Source: a virus. From it: a stretch of 26,449 nucleotides of DNA. Position 1 is the stretch's first letter. Each line of letters starts with the position of its first letter. The stretch lies in UHGV virus genome UHGV-1509762. One strand, 5' to 3'. Positions 1 through 7,175 of the stretch are shown here, one piece after another. Position numbers and translations under genes: made by a program. A model generated the notes under the pieces. That model was not told where the DNA came from. It ran no database searches and saw only the letters and a list, made by a program, of their open reading frames with translations.

Positions 1-40
1 TAAACCCTGTTTTCCTTGCCATAGACACCATCCCTGTCTT

Positions 41-67
41 CCCCCACATGATGTGGGGTTTTTTTTT
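41..67 (+). terminator. Rho-independent terminator-like hairpin (CCCCACAT/ATGTGGGG stem followed by a 9-T run)
   Basis: Seen directly: 8-bp GC-rich inverted repeat at 42-49/51-58 followed by TTTTTTTTT at 59-67. It lies beyond the 3' end of int, near the expected prophage/host junction. Confidence 0.5.
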
Positions 68-152
68 ATCAATCACTTACATCGGTTTCCGTAAGAAAAC
101 AGTAACTTAAGAAAACCTATAAGGGACTGGAAGGGCTACAAAGTTCTGAGAG

Positions 153-173
153 TGTGGACACTATGTGGACACT
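153..173. repeat. Tandem direct repeat TGTGGACACT x2 with 11-bp periodicity; candidate integrase arm-type binding sites
   Basis: Seen directly: TGTGGACACT at 153-162 and again at 164-173, immediately downstream of the int stop codon (186-188). Placement and helical-turn spacing are typical of arm-type Int sites in att regions; the functional call is inference. Confidence 0.45.
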
Positions 174-185
174 CAGAAGGGAAAT

Positions 186-1166
186 TTATAACGTCACTCC
201 GCCTTTTAGAGGATTCAGTGCGACGGCATTTTGCAGGTAGTCAGGCGCAAGGTGCGCATAGGCCATCGTCTGCTGAATGCTCGCATGTCCCAGAATCTGT
301 TGCAGTGCGATTATATTGCCCCCATTCATCATGAAATGGCTTGCGAATGTATGCCGCAGGATGTGGGTTGCCTGATTGGGTGGTATATCTGGCTTCACTC
401 TGCGTAAAATCCCGCAAAACTTCTCATAATCAACTTTGAATAATTTAGCGCTGGCCTCCTCTTTAACTTTTTTCTCCAGTTCCTCAGAAATCGGCACGGT
501 TCGCTTTTTACCGTTTTTGGTTTTCAGGAAGGTAACCCTGCAATTTGTAATCTGTGCTGGTTTTAGCGTGGCAACTTCCGTCCATCTTCCTCCAGTGCTC
601 AGACATAAAAGTGCGACAAGTAAGTCATCACCATCCAAAACATTTAACAGTTTTTCGATTTCTGCTTTTTCCAGGAACGTCATTTCAGGGTTGGCCTCCG
701 CCAGTGGCGGCAGTCCGTGAATTGGGTGTTGCCCGGAAAATTCATCCAATTGAATTAATTTTGTGAACATGCCGGATAATCGGTACATGTCACGGTTTAT
801 CGTTGCGGCACTGATACCATCACGTAGTCGCATGGAACGATAATCCATCAAAGCTCTTTTGCTCATCCGGCTCACTGGTATATCACCTATGCCGCTGATG
901 GTTTTGAGCAGATGATTAAACTCTTTTGTTCCATGCTCGTGGTTTTGCCCGTGATATTTCCACCAGATGTCCAGCAACTCACTCAAAGTTCTGCGATCTG
1001 CTCGCTGACCTGCCCATTCTTTCTGGCTGGCGTAGGCGATTGTGTATCGCTCAAATGCTACAGCCTCAGCTTTTCTTTCAAATTTCCTGCGGATGCGTTT
1101 TCCGTCGCGACCGCGAGGTCTAATGTCCACTTCATAGCGTCCATCATCGAGCTTCTTAATTGACAT
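186..1166 (-). CDS. int: Tyrosine site-specific integrase (P2 Int-like)
   Basis: 336-aa track ORF with tyrosine-recombinase C-terminal signature (HILRHTFASH ... LGHASIQQTMAYAHL: HxxR box and nucleophile Tyr). Start placed at the internal Met (MSIKKLDDGRYEVDIRP, as I recall the P2 Int N-terminus) because an AGAGGG ribosome-binding site sits 8 nt upstream of the ATG at 1166. Confidence 0.93.
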   Translation of the reverse strand: MSIKKLDDGRYEVDIRPRGRDGKRIRRKFERKAEAVAFERYTIAYASQKEWAGQRADRRTLSELLDIWWKYHGQNHEHGTKEFNHLLKTISGIGDIPVSRMSKRALMDYRSMRLRDGISAATINRDMYRLSGMFTKLIQLDEFSGQHPIHGLPPLAEANPEMTFLEKAEIEKLLNVLDGDDLLVALLCLSTGGRWTEVATLKPAQITNCRVTFLKTKNGKKRTVPISEELEKKVKEEASAKLFKVDYEKFCGILRRVKPDIPPNQATHILRHTFASHFMMNGGNIIALQQILGHASIQQTMAYAHLAPDYLQNAVALNPLKGGVTL

Positions 1167-1235
1167 AAGAAAGCCCTCTGACGCTGTATTCACCATCTTG
1201 GTAACAAATAGTGAAAATGTAATGTTTATAGAGTG

Positions 1236-1529
1236 TTAACCAGTCTGTTTTTCGGAGTGGTCTGATTCTGTTGGTTTTTGCCCAATGTGTGCGAGAGCCG
1301 GCGCGATCTGACCAGCTTGTGGTGACGTATCACCAGTCATTAACCAGAGCGTATATTTTTTAAATAAAGGCGTATTTGTGACTCGCATAACGATGCTGAG
1401 ACCAGGGTCTTTATGCCCACTTTCGTAATTTTTGACTGTTCCTAGAGCTATCCCGCTAATTTCGCTGAATTTCGCCTGTGTTAAGCCTTCTGCTTTCCTA
1501 ATCGCTTTCAGTTTTTCGAATGTCTGCAT
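1236..1529 (-). CDS. C: Immunity repressor (P2 C-like, helix-turn-helix)
   Basis: 97 aa with HTH segment LTQAKFSEISGIALGTVKNYESG and C-terminal SGQIAPALAH motif. Sits between int and the divergently transcribed cox, as in P2. Confidence 0.85.
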   Translation of the reverse strand: MQTFEKLKAIRKAEGLTQAKFSEISGIALGTVKNYESGHKDPGLSIVMRVTNTPLFKKYTLWLMTGDTSPQAGQIAPALAHIGQKPTESDHSEKQTG

Positions 1530-1558
1530 TTGACAGTAACCTATTGGTGACTTATATT
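1530..1558 (+). promoter_or_regulatory. Early rightward promoter (Pe-like): TTGACA, 17-bp spacer, TATATT
   Basis: Seen directly: TTGACA at 1530-1535, 17-bp spacer, TATATT at 1553-1558. It abuts the start codon of the divergent repressor gene and points toward cox (ATG at 1682). Confidence 0.6.
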
Positions 1559-1585
1559 CCCGTCAAAAGGTTGTGTATTGGTGAC
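1542..1585. promoter_or_regulatory. Direct repeats TATTGGTGAC x2 flanking the -10 element; candidate repressor operator half-sites
   Basis: Seen directly: TATTGGTGAC at 1542-1551 (inside the promoter spacer) and at 1576-1585 (just downstream of the -10). P2-type C repressors bind direct repeats flanking the -10 of Pe (established knowledge); assigning these repeats to that role is inference. Confidence 0.45.
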
Positions 1586-1601
1586 CTTTTGAGTGTGTTA
1601 G

Positions 1602-1642
1602 CCAGTCCCTAGAAAGGACAGGGGCGACCTAGAAGGGACTGG
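1602..1642. promoter_or_regulatory. Dyad CCAGTCCCT ... AGGGACTGG in the C/cox switch region; candidate Cox or regulator binding site
   Basis: Seen directly: CCAGTCCCT at 1602-1610 and its reverse complement AGGGACTGG at 1634-1642. The same 9-mer also occurs at 122-130 near the att end. Confidence 0.4.
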
Positions 1643-1681
1643 ATCTAATAAGGGTAACACGAAAGCAAAAAGGGCTAATCA

Positions 1682-1954
1682 ATGGAAGTCAATGACTATG
1701 TGATTCAGTACCCGATTGATGCGGTACATACGGTTAAGTTTGCAGAGTTACTTGGTAAGCCAGAAACGGCTGTAGTCAAGATGGTAAAAGAGAATAAATT
1801 GCCAGTTATTGAGCTTCGTGATCCAAGTAAGCCGAACGCCCGTGTCGGTGAGAAGTGGGTTTTCATTCCAGAGTTTAATCGCGCTGTACGAGAGGCGTTT
1901 TATAACCGACCAGTTGAACAGCGTGATGCATGGCTTTTGTGGATGGGGTTGTGA
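1682..1954 (+). CDS. cox: Cox-like excisionase / early-promoter repressor
   Basis: 90-aa ORF, first gene of the rightward early operon, divergent from C; size and position as in P2 (Cox is 91 aa). The segment KENKLPVIELRDPSK...GEKWVFIPEFN resembles the P2 Cox core as I recall it. Confidence 0.8.
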   Translation: MEVNDYVIQYPIDAVHTVKFAELLGKPETAVVKMVKENKLPVIELRDPSKPNARVGEKWVFIPEFNRAVREAFYNRPVEQRDAWLLWMGL

Positions 1955-1956
1955 TT

Positions 1957-2127
1957 ATGAGTGAACCGCGTTGTATTGCTCAGTTACTGCGTAACGAAAG
2001 CCCCAGGGCGATTGACTTCACCATCACCCACGGTAAGGGGCGTAAGGGAATCATTATCCGCACCAAAAAACAGAGTCCGTTAAAAAAGGCTCTGACCTTT
2101 CTGAAAAGCCGGAGGGTATGGAAATGA
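1957..2127 (+). CDS. Small basic hypothetical protein (positional equivalent of P2 orf78)
   Basis: In-frame ATG at 1957 just after the cox stop; its stop overlaps the B start as ATGA (2124-2127), suggesting translational coupling. No recognisable motif. Confidence 0.4.
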   Translation: MSEPRCIAQLLRNESPRAIDFTITHGKGRKGIIIRTKKQSPLKKALTFLKSRRVWK

Positions 2128-2624
2128 CAGTGATGACGCTCAATCTCGTTGAAAAACAGCCAGCAGCTATGCGCCGGATAATTGGTAAGCATCTGGCCGT
2201 CCCTCGCTGGCAGGAGACATGCGATTATTATAATCAGATGATGGAACGCGAACGGCTAACGGTTTGCTTCCATGCGCAGTTAAAACAGCGTCACGCAACG
2301 ATGCGTTTTGAAGAAATGAACGACGTCGAACGTGAACGGCTGGTTTGTGCAATTGATGAATTGCGTGGGGCATTCTCAAAACGCCGTCAGGTTGGCGCAA
2401 GTGAGTATGCATATATTAGTTTTTTAACAGTCAGTCAGCGTCGTACTTTATTTATGCATGCCGGATTGACTGAAAAAGAATTCAACCAGCCATACTGGCG
2501 AATTAATGAAGAATTATGTTACTGGCGTGATGCTTTATTCCGTGCATTACGTGAATTATTCAGCCTGTTTGAGTATGCACCGACAATTCTGACGTCGGTA
2601 AAACCAGAGCAATATCTGCATTAA
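2124..2624 (+). CDS. B: Replication protein B-like
   Basis: 166 aa from the ATG at 2124 (GGAGGG RBS at 2111-2116, 7-nt spacer); same length and position as P2 gpB. The track's upstream Met at 2118 is too close to the RBS. Confidence 0.7.
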   Translation: MTVMTLNLVEKQPAAMRRIIGKHLAVPRWQETCDYYNQMMERERLTVCFHAQLKQRHATMRFEEMNDVERERLVCAIDELRGAFSKRRQVGASEYAYISFLTVSQRRTLFMHAGLTEKEFNQPYWRINEELCYWRDALFRALRELFSLFEYAPTILTSVKPEQYLH

Positions 2625-2687
2625 GTAATTAACCAGAGTTTTTAACGCACTTAATCGTGCGGGGCTTCTTTTTGCCTGGAGAAAGTC

Positions 2688-2912
2688 ATGCATACAGTTT
2701 CTGAAAATCAGTGCGGTAAATACGCATTACTGCTGCAACAGGCCAGAACCGAAGCACAGGCCGACGCAGCGACGCGCTTTTCTTCTCATCTTGACGCCAT
2801 GATTCGCCACATCACAAAGGCGGAGTTATCCCGCGTGGAGATAGTCGAGCTGCTCAGTCAGGAGTCGGAAAAATTTCACAATATCGGATTGTCTCGCGGG
2901 GAGGTGCTTTGA
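2688..2912 (+). CDS. Hypothetical early protein (P2 orf80 position)
   Basis: 74-aa ORF with GGAG RBS upstream of the ATG, in the conserved cox-B-small ORFs-A early operon. Confidence 0.55.
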   Translation: MHTVSENQCGKYALLLQQARTEAQADAATRFSSHLDAMIRHITKAELSRVEIVELLSQESEKFHNIGLSRGEVL

Positions 2913-3214
2913 TGTCCTGTTCTCGTTCAGTTGTATTACTGAATAACGCCTTAAAAATCGCCGTTATGAAAAATGGCGATTTATCTCTTATTCAACTTGG
3001 TCTTGATAAAGAAAAACGCGAAATAACTGAGTCTGTTATCGCGATTTATCAGAACGAATTAAATCTCCTGTCTGATGTGGTCAATTTACTTGTTAAACGC
3101 GCTGTATTTCACAAGAAAATCTCCTCCGTGGATGAACTGACAAAATTAACAACAGAAATTGCCAGCTATTGCGCTGATGAATTTAAAAAACTTAACGACA
3201 AAAGGAGCTGGTAA
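2912..3214 (+). CDS. Hypothetical early protein (P2 orf81 position)
   Basis: 100 aa from the ATG at 2912 (overlapping the previous stop as TGATG; GGGAGGTG RBS at 2898-2905). The track's start at 2909 is a TTG one codon upstream. Confidence 0.55.
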   Translation: MSCSRSVVLLNNALKIAVMKNGDLSLIQLGLDKEKREITESVIAIYQNELNLLSDVVNLLVKRAVFHKKISSVDELTKLTTEIASYCADEFKKLNDKRSW

Positions 3215-3438
3215 TGCCGGACAACGTAGATTTTATTCAGGAACAACAGGCTGAATTACTGGAGCGTCAGATTAACGCGGCAAGGGTAAAACATTGCGGT
3301 GCTTCTGCGCTGGTTTGCGAAGAGTGTGACGCGCCAATACCTGCTGCCCGTCGTGCGGCTTATCCGTCAGCCACGCGTTGTGTTTCCTGTCAGTCAGTCT
3401 TTGAAGCAAAAAACAAACATTACCGGAGAACGGCATGA
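3214..3438 (+). CDS. TraR/DksA-family C4 zinc-finger protein (P2 orf82-like)
   Basis: 74 aa with CxxC...CxxC arrangement (CEECDAPIPAARRAAYPSATRCVSCQ) typical of the TraR/DksA zinc finger; AAGGAG RBS at 3202-3207. Confidence 0.7.
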   Translation: MPDNVDFIQEQQAELLERQINAARVKHCGASALVCEECDAPIPAARRAAYPSATRCVSCQSVFEAKNKHYRRTA

Positions 3439-3710
3439 GTATTCGTATTGAAATTGGCGAACGTTATGTCGTTACCAGTGACAGCTTTCAGTTTATTCTC
3501 CACGAGAAAAAGAGAGCGGAAAGCGGTAAAAACGCCGGTCAGGAATGGCTGGCGGTGGTTGGTTATTACCCGAAATTAAGCCAGCTCGTTTCCGGCCTGA
3601 TGCATCACGATATTCTGACCGGAAGCGCAAAATCTTTTGCTGATTTAAACGCGCAGGTTGAGCAACTCAGCAAGCGTTGTTCAGAGGCTTTTGGCTCACA
3701 TGGACGTTAA
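3435..3710 (+). CDS. Hypothetical early protein (P2 orf83 position)
   Basis: 91-aa ORF, ATG at 3435 overlapping the previous stop, GGAG RBS upstream. Confidence 0.55.
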   Translation: MSIRIEIGERYVVTSDSFQFILHEKKRAESGKNAGQEWLAVVGYYPKLSQLVSGLMHHDILTGSAKSFADLNAQVEQLSKRCSEAFGSHGR

Positions 3711-5973
3711 AGCCTCCGGGCGTTTTGTCCCTCCGTCAGCATTTGCCGCAGGCACCGGTAAGACGTTTACCGGTGCTTATGCATGGAACGCGCCACGCGA
3801 GGCCGTCGGGCGCGAAAGACCCCTTACACGTGACGAGATGCGTCAGGTGCAAGGTGTTTTATCCACGATTAACCGCCTGCCTTACTTTTTGCGTTCGCTG
3901 TTTACTTCACGCTATGACTACATCCGGCGCAATAAAAGCCCGGTGCACGGGTTTTATTTCCTCACATCCACTTTTCAGCGTCGTTTATGGCCGCGCATTG
4001 AGCGCGTGAATCAGCGCCATGAAATGAACACCGACGCGTCGTTGCTGTTTCTGGCAGAGCGTGACCACTATGCGCGCCTGCCTGGAATGAATGACAAGGA
4101 GCTGAAAAAGTTTGCCGCCCGTATCTCATCGCAGCTTTTCATGATGTATGAGGAACTCTGCGATGCATGGGTTGATGCGCATGGTGAAAAAGAATCGCTG
4201 TTTACGGATGAGGCGCAGGCTCACCTGTATGGTCATGTTGCTGGCGCTGCACGTGCTTTCAATATTTCCCCGCTCTACTGGAAAAAATACAGTAAAGGAC
4301 AGATGACCACGAGGCAGGCATATTCTGCCATTGCCCGTCTGTTTAACGATGAGTGGTGGATTAGTCAGCTTAAAGGCCAGCGTATGCGCTGGCATGAGGC
4401 GTTACTGATTGCTGTCGGGGAGGTCAATAAAGACCGTTCTCCTTATGCCAGTAAACATGCCATTCGTGATGTGCGTGCGCGCCGCCAGGCAAATCTGGAA
4501 TTTCTTAAATCGTGTGACCTTGAAAACAGGGAAACCGGCGAGCGCATCGACCTTATCAGTAAGGTGATGGGCAGTATTTCTAATCCAGAAATTCGCCGGA
4601 TGGAGCTGATGAACACCATTGCCGGTATTGAGCGTTACGCCGCCGCAGAGGGTGATTTGGGGATGTTTATCACGCTGACCGCGCCGTCAAAGTATCACCC
4701 GACACGTCAGGTCGGAAAAGGCGAAAGTAAAACCGTTCAGCTTAATCACGGCTGGAACGATGAGGCATTTAATCCAAAGGATGCGCAGCGTTATCTCTGC
4801 CGTATCTGGAGCCTGATGCGCACGGCATTCAAGGATAATGATTTACAGGTCTACGGTTTGCGTGTCGTCGAGCCACACCACGACGGAACGCCGCACTGGC
4901 ATATGATGCTTTTTTGTCATCCACGCCAGCGTAACCAGATTATCGAAATCATGCGTCGCTATGCGCTCAAAGAGGATGGCGACGAAAGAGGAGCCGCGCG
5001 AAACCGTTTTCAGGAAAAACACCTTAACCGGGGCGGTGCTGCGGGGTATATCGCGAAATACATCTCAAAAAATATCGACGGCTATGCACTGGATGGGCAG
5101 CTCGATAACGATACCGGCAGACCGCTGAAAGATACTGCCGCGGCTGTTACCGCATGGGCGTCAACGTGGCGCATTCCGCAATTTAAAACGGTTGGCCTGC
5201 CGACAATGGGGGCTTACCGTGAACTACGCAAATTGCCTCGCGGCGTCAGCATTGCTGATGAGTTTGACGAGCGCGTCGAGGCTGCACGCGCCGCCGCAGA
5301 CAGTGGTGATTTTGCGCTGTATATCAGCGCGCAGGGTGGGGCAAATGTCCCGCGCGATTGCCAGACTGTCAGGGTTGCCCGTAGCCCGTCGGATGACGTT
5401 AACGAGTACGAGGAAGAAGTCGAGAGAGTGGTCGGCATTTACGCGCCGCATCTCGGCGCGCGTCATATTCATATCACCAGAACGACGGACTGGCGCATTG
5501 TTCCGAAAGTGCCGGTCGTTGAGCCTTTGACTTTAAAAAGCGGCATCGCCGCGCCTCGGAGTCCTGTCAATAACTGTGGAAAACTCACCGGTGGTGATAC
5601 TTCGTTACCGGCTCCCACACCTTCTGAGCACGCCGCAGCAGTGCTTAATCTGGTTGATGACAGTGTTATCGAATGGAGTGACCCGGAGGTCGTGAGGGCG
5701 CTCAGAGGTGCATTAAAACACGGTCGGAGAACGCCAAATCGTCAGCAAAGAAACGGAAGCTCGTTAAAACCACATGAAATTGCACCATCGGCCAGACTGG
5801 CCCGGTCGGAACGAATGCAAATTACCCGTATCCGCGTTGACCTTGCTCAGAACGGTATCAGGCCGCAGCGATGGGAGCTTGAGGCGCTGGCGCGTGGCGC
5901 GACCGTAAATTATGATGGGAAAACGTTTTCATATCCGATTTCTGATGGTTGGGCGGGATTTGAAACAAACTAA
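3700..5973 (+). CDS. A: Rolling-circle replication initiator endonuclease (P2 gpA-like, HUH superfamily)
   Basis: About 760 aa; HUH motif (PHWHMMLF, DNA about 4897-4920) and two-tyrosine active-site motif (GYIAKYISK, DNA about 5044-5070). Start set at the ATG at 3700 (MDVKASGRF, like the P2 A N-terminus as I recall); the track's start at 3658 is a TTG. Confidence 0.92.
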   Translation: MDVKASGRFVPPSAFAAGTGKTFTGAYAWNAPREAVGRERPLTRDEMRQVQGVLSTINRLPYFLRSLFTSRYDYIRRNKSPVHGFYFLTSTFQRRLWPRIERVNQRHEMNTDASLLFLAERDHYARLPGMNDKELKKFAARISSQLFMMYEELCDAWVDAHGEKESLFTDEAQAHLYGHVAGAARAFNISPLYWKKYSKGQMTTRQAYSAIARLFNDEWWISQLKGQRMRWHEALLIAVGEVNKDRSPYASKHAIRDVRARRQANLEFLKSCDLENRETGERIDLISKVMGSISNPEIRRMELMNTIAGIERYAAAEGDLGMFITLTAPSKYHPTRQVGKGESKTVQLNHGWNDEAFNPKDAQRYLCRIWSLMRTAFKDNDLQVYGLRVVEPHHDGTPHWHMMLFCHPRQRNQIIEIMRRYALKEDGDERGAARNRFQEKHLNRGGAAGYIAKYISKNIDGYALDGQLDNDTGRPLKDTAAAVTAWASTWRIPQFKTVGLPTMGAYRELRKLPRGVSIADEFDERVEAARAAADSGDFALYISAQGGANVPRDCQTVRVARSPSDDVNEYEEEVERVVGIYAPHLGARHIHITRTTDWRIVPKVPVVEPLTLKSGIAAPRSPVNNCGKLTGGDTSLPAPTPSEHAAAVLNLVDDSVIEWSDPEVVRALRGALKHGRRTPNRQQRNGSSLKPHEIAPSARLARSERMQITRIRVDLAQNGIRPQRWELEALARGATVNYDGKTFSYPISDGWAGFETN

Positions 5974-5987
5974 CAATAATGATTGAC

Positions 5988-6018
5988 ATGCTTGATTTTG
6001 TATTCACAAATCAAGCAT
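5988..6018. repeat. Perfect 11-bp inverted repeat (ATGCTTGATTT / AAATCAAGCAT, 9-nt spacer) preceded by TTGACA; candidate operator or regulatory hairpin upstream of the methyltransferase
   Basis: Seen directly at 5988-5998 and 6008-6018, with TTGACA at 5983-5988. Lies in the gap between gene A and the methyltransferase start. Confidence 0.6.
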
Positions 6019-6084
6019 CAAGTAAACATCGATGATGAGAAAGAACAATGCTACAATCCCCACAGCATTAGAAGGAGGTTTATC

Positions 6085-7134
6085 TTGATTAAGGTTGTTG
6101 ATTTATTCTGTGGCGCGGGTGGCTTGACTCACGGTCTTCAGAAGTCGGGGCTTAATGTAGTTGCAGGTTATGATATAGATGCAGCCTGTCGATTTGCCTA
6201 TGAGACAAATAATAAATCACTCTTTGTCCAGAAAAGTGTTACAGACATTGAGGACGGCGAATTAGTTAAATATTTCGAAGGAGCGAAGGTTCGAGTTTTG
6301 GCTGGTTGTGCCCCATGCCAACCTTTTTCAAGCTATACCAATAGTGCTAAATTAGGGGTAGTACGTTCAAAAGATAAAAGATGGTCTTTGCTTTATAGCT
6401 TTGCTAAGCAAATTAAATTTGCAAAGCCAGATATTATTACAATGGAAAACGTTCCCCGAGTGGTGAATCATAAGGTTTTTAAGGACTTCATTAAGTCTCT
6501 TAAAAATGATGGCTATTTTGTTTGGTATGGGGTGGTGTTTTGTCCAGACTATGGAATGGCACAAAGTCGTTCAAGATTAGTGTTATTGGCATCAAAATAT
6601 GGAGAAATAGAAATAATTCCACCAACTCATGAGAAGAATGATTATAAAACGGTGCGAGATATAATCGGTAATCTTCCTGAAATTAGTGCCGGTGCTGTTC
6701 ACGCTGGAGATAAACTACATCGCTCTGCATCATTATCTGATATTAATATAAAAAGAATAATGGCATCAAAACCTGGTGGAACATGGCGTGATTGGCCAGA
6801 AGAGCTAAGAGCAAAATGTCATACAAAAGAAAGTGGTTCTACATATACTGCTGTATATGGGAGAATGTGTTGGGATAAACTTGGACCGACAATTACAACT
6901 CAATGTATTGGATATGGGAATGGACGCTTTGGGCACCCTGTCCAAAATAGAGCATTAAGTTTAAGAGAGGCTGCGCTATTACAGTCATTCCCAGAAAAGT
7001 ATGAGTTTTGGCCTGATGATGTAAAAATTGAAATGAGAACAGTTGCGCGTTTAATAGGTAATGCTGTTCCTGTTAGGCTTGGTGAGGTCGTAGGTGAAAC
7101 TATTTTAAAACATTTGTCAGAAATGAATATTTAA
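6085..7134 (+). CDS. DNA (cytosine-5)-methyltransferase
   Basis: C5-MTase motifs in canonical order: motif I LFCGAGG (FxGxGG), motif IV GCAPCQPFS (catalytic PCQ), motif VI ENV (ITMENVPRV), motif VIII QSRSR, motif X GNAVPV. Start set at the TTG at 6085 because a GAAGGAGG RBS lies 6 nt upstream and motif I follows within about 10 residues; the N-terminal extension of the track ORF (from 5983, also TTG) is low-complexity. Confidence 0.9.
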   Translation: MIKVVDLFCGAGGLTHGLQKSGLNVVAGYDIDAACRFAYETNNKSLFVQKSVTDIEDGELVKYFEGAKVRVLAGCAPCQPFSSYTNSAKLGVVRSKDKRWSLLYSFAKQIKFAKPDIITMENVPRVVNHKVFKDFIKSLKNDGYFVWYGVVFCPDYGMAQSRSRLVLLASKYGEIEIIPPTHEKNDYKTVRDIIGNLPEISAGAVHAGDKLHRSASLSDINIKRIMASKPGGTWRDWPEELRAKCHTKESGSTYTAVYGRMCWDKLGPTITTQCIGYGNGRFGHPVQNRALSLREAALLQSFPEKYEFWPDDVKIEMRTVARLIGNAVPVRLGEVVGETILKHLSEMNI

Positions 7135-7146
7135 AACTTATGTCAT

Positions 7147-7170
7147 CCCCCCTGTCAAAAAACAGGGGGG
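7147..7170. terminator. Hairpin between convergent genes (CCCCCCTGT / ACAGGGGGG stem, A-rich loop); likely bidirectional terminator
   Basis: Seen directly: 9-bp GC-rich inverted repeat in the 41-bp gap between the methyltransferase stop (7134) and the stop of the minus-strand ATPase gene (7176). Confidence 0.6.
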
Positions 7171-7175
7171 TATAA

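Noticed and set aside
152-766. Plus-strand ORFs 152..334, 436..720 and 554..766
   Set aside because: They lie inside or overlap the integrase gene on the opposite strand; low-complexity translations and no RBS.
3658-3699. Start of gene A at 3658 as given in the ORF track
   Set aside because: 3658 is a TTG with the only purine-rich stretch immediately adjacent (no spacer); the in-frame ATG at 3700 gives an N-terminus (MDVKASGRF) like the P2 A protein. Retained as a possibility only.
5983-6084. Upstream start of the methyltransferase ORF at 5983 as given in the ORF track
   Set aside because: The codon at 5983 is TTG with no RBS, the encoded 34-residue extension is low-complexity, and a strong GAAGGAGG RBS precedes the in-frame TTG at 6085 just before motif I.
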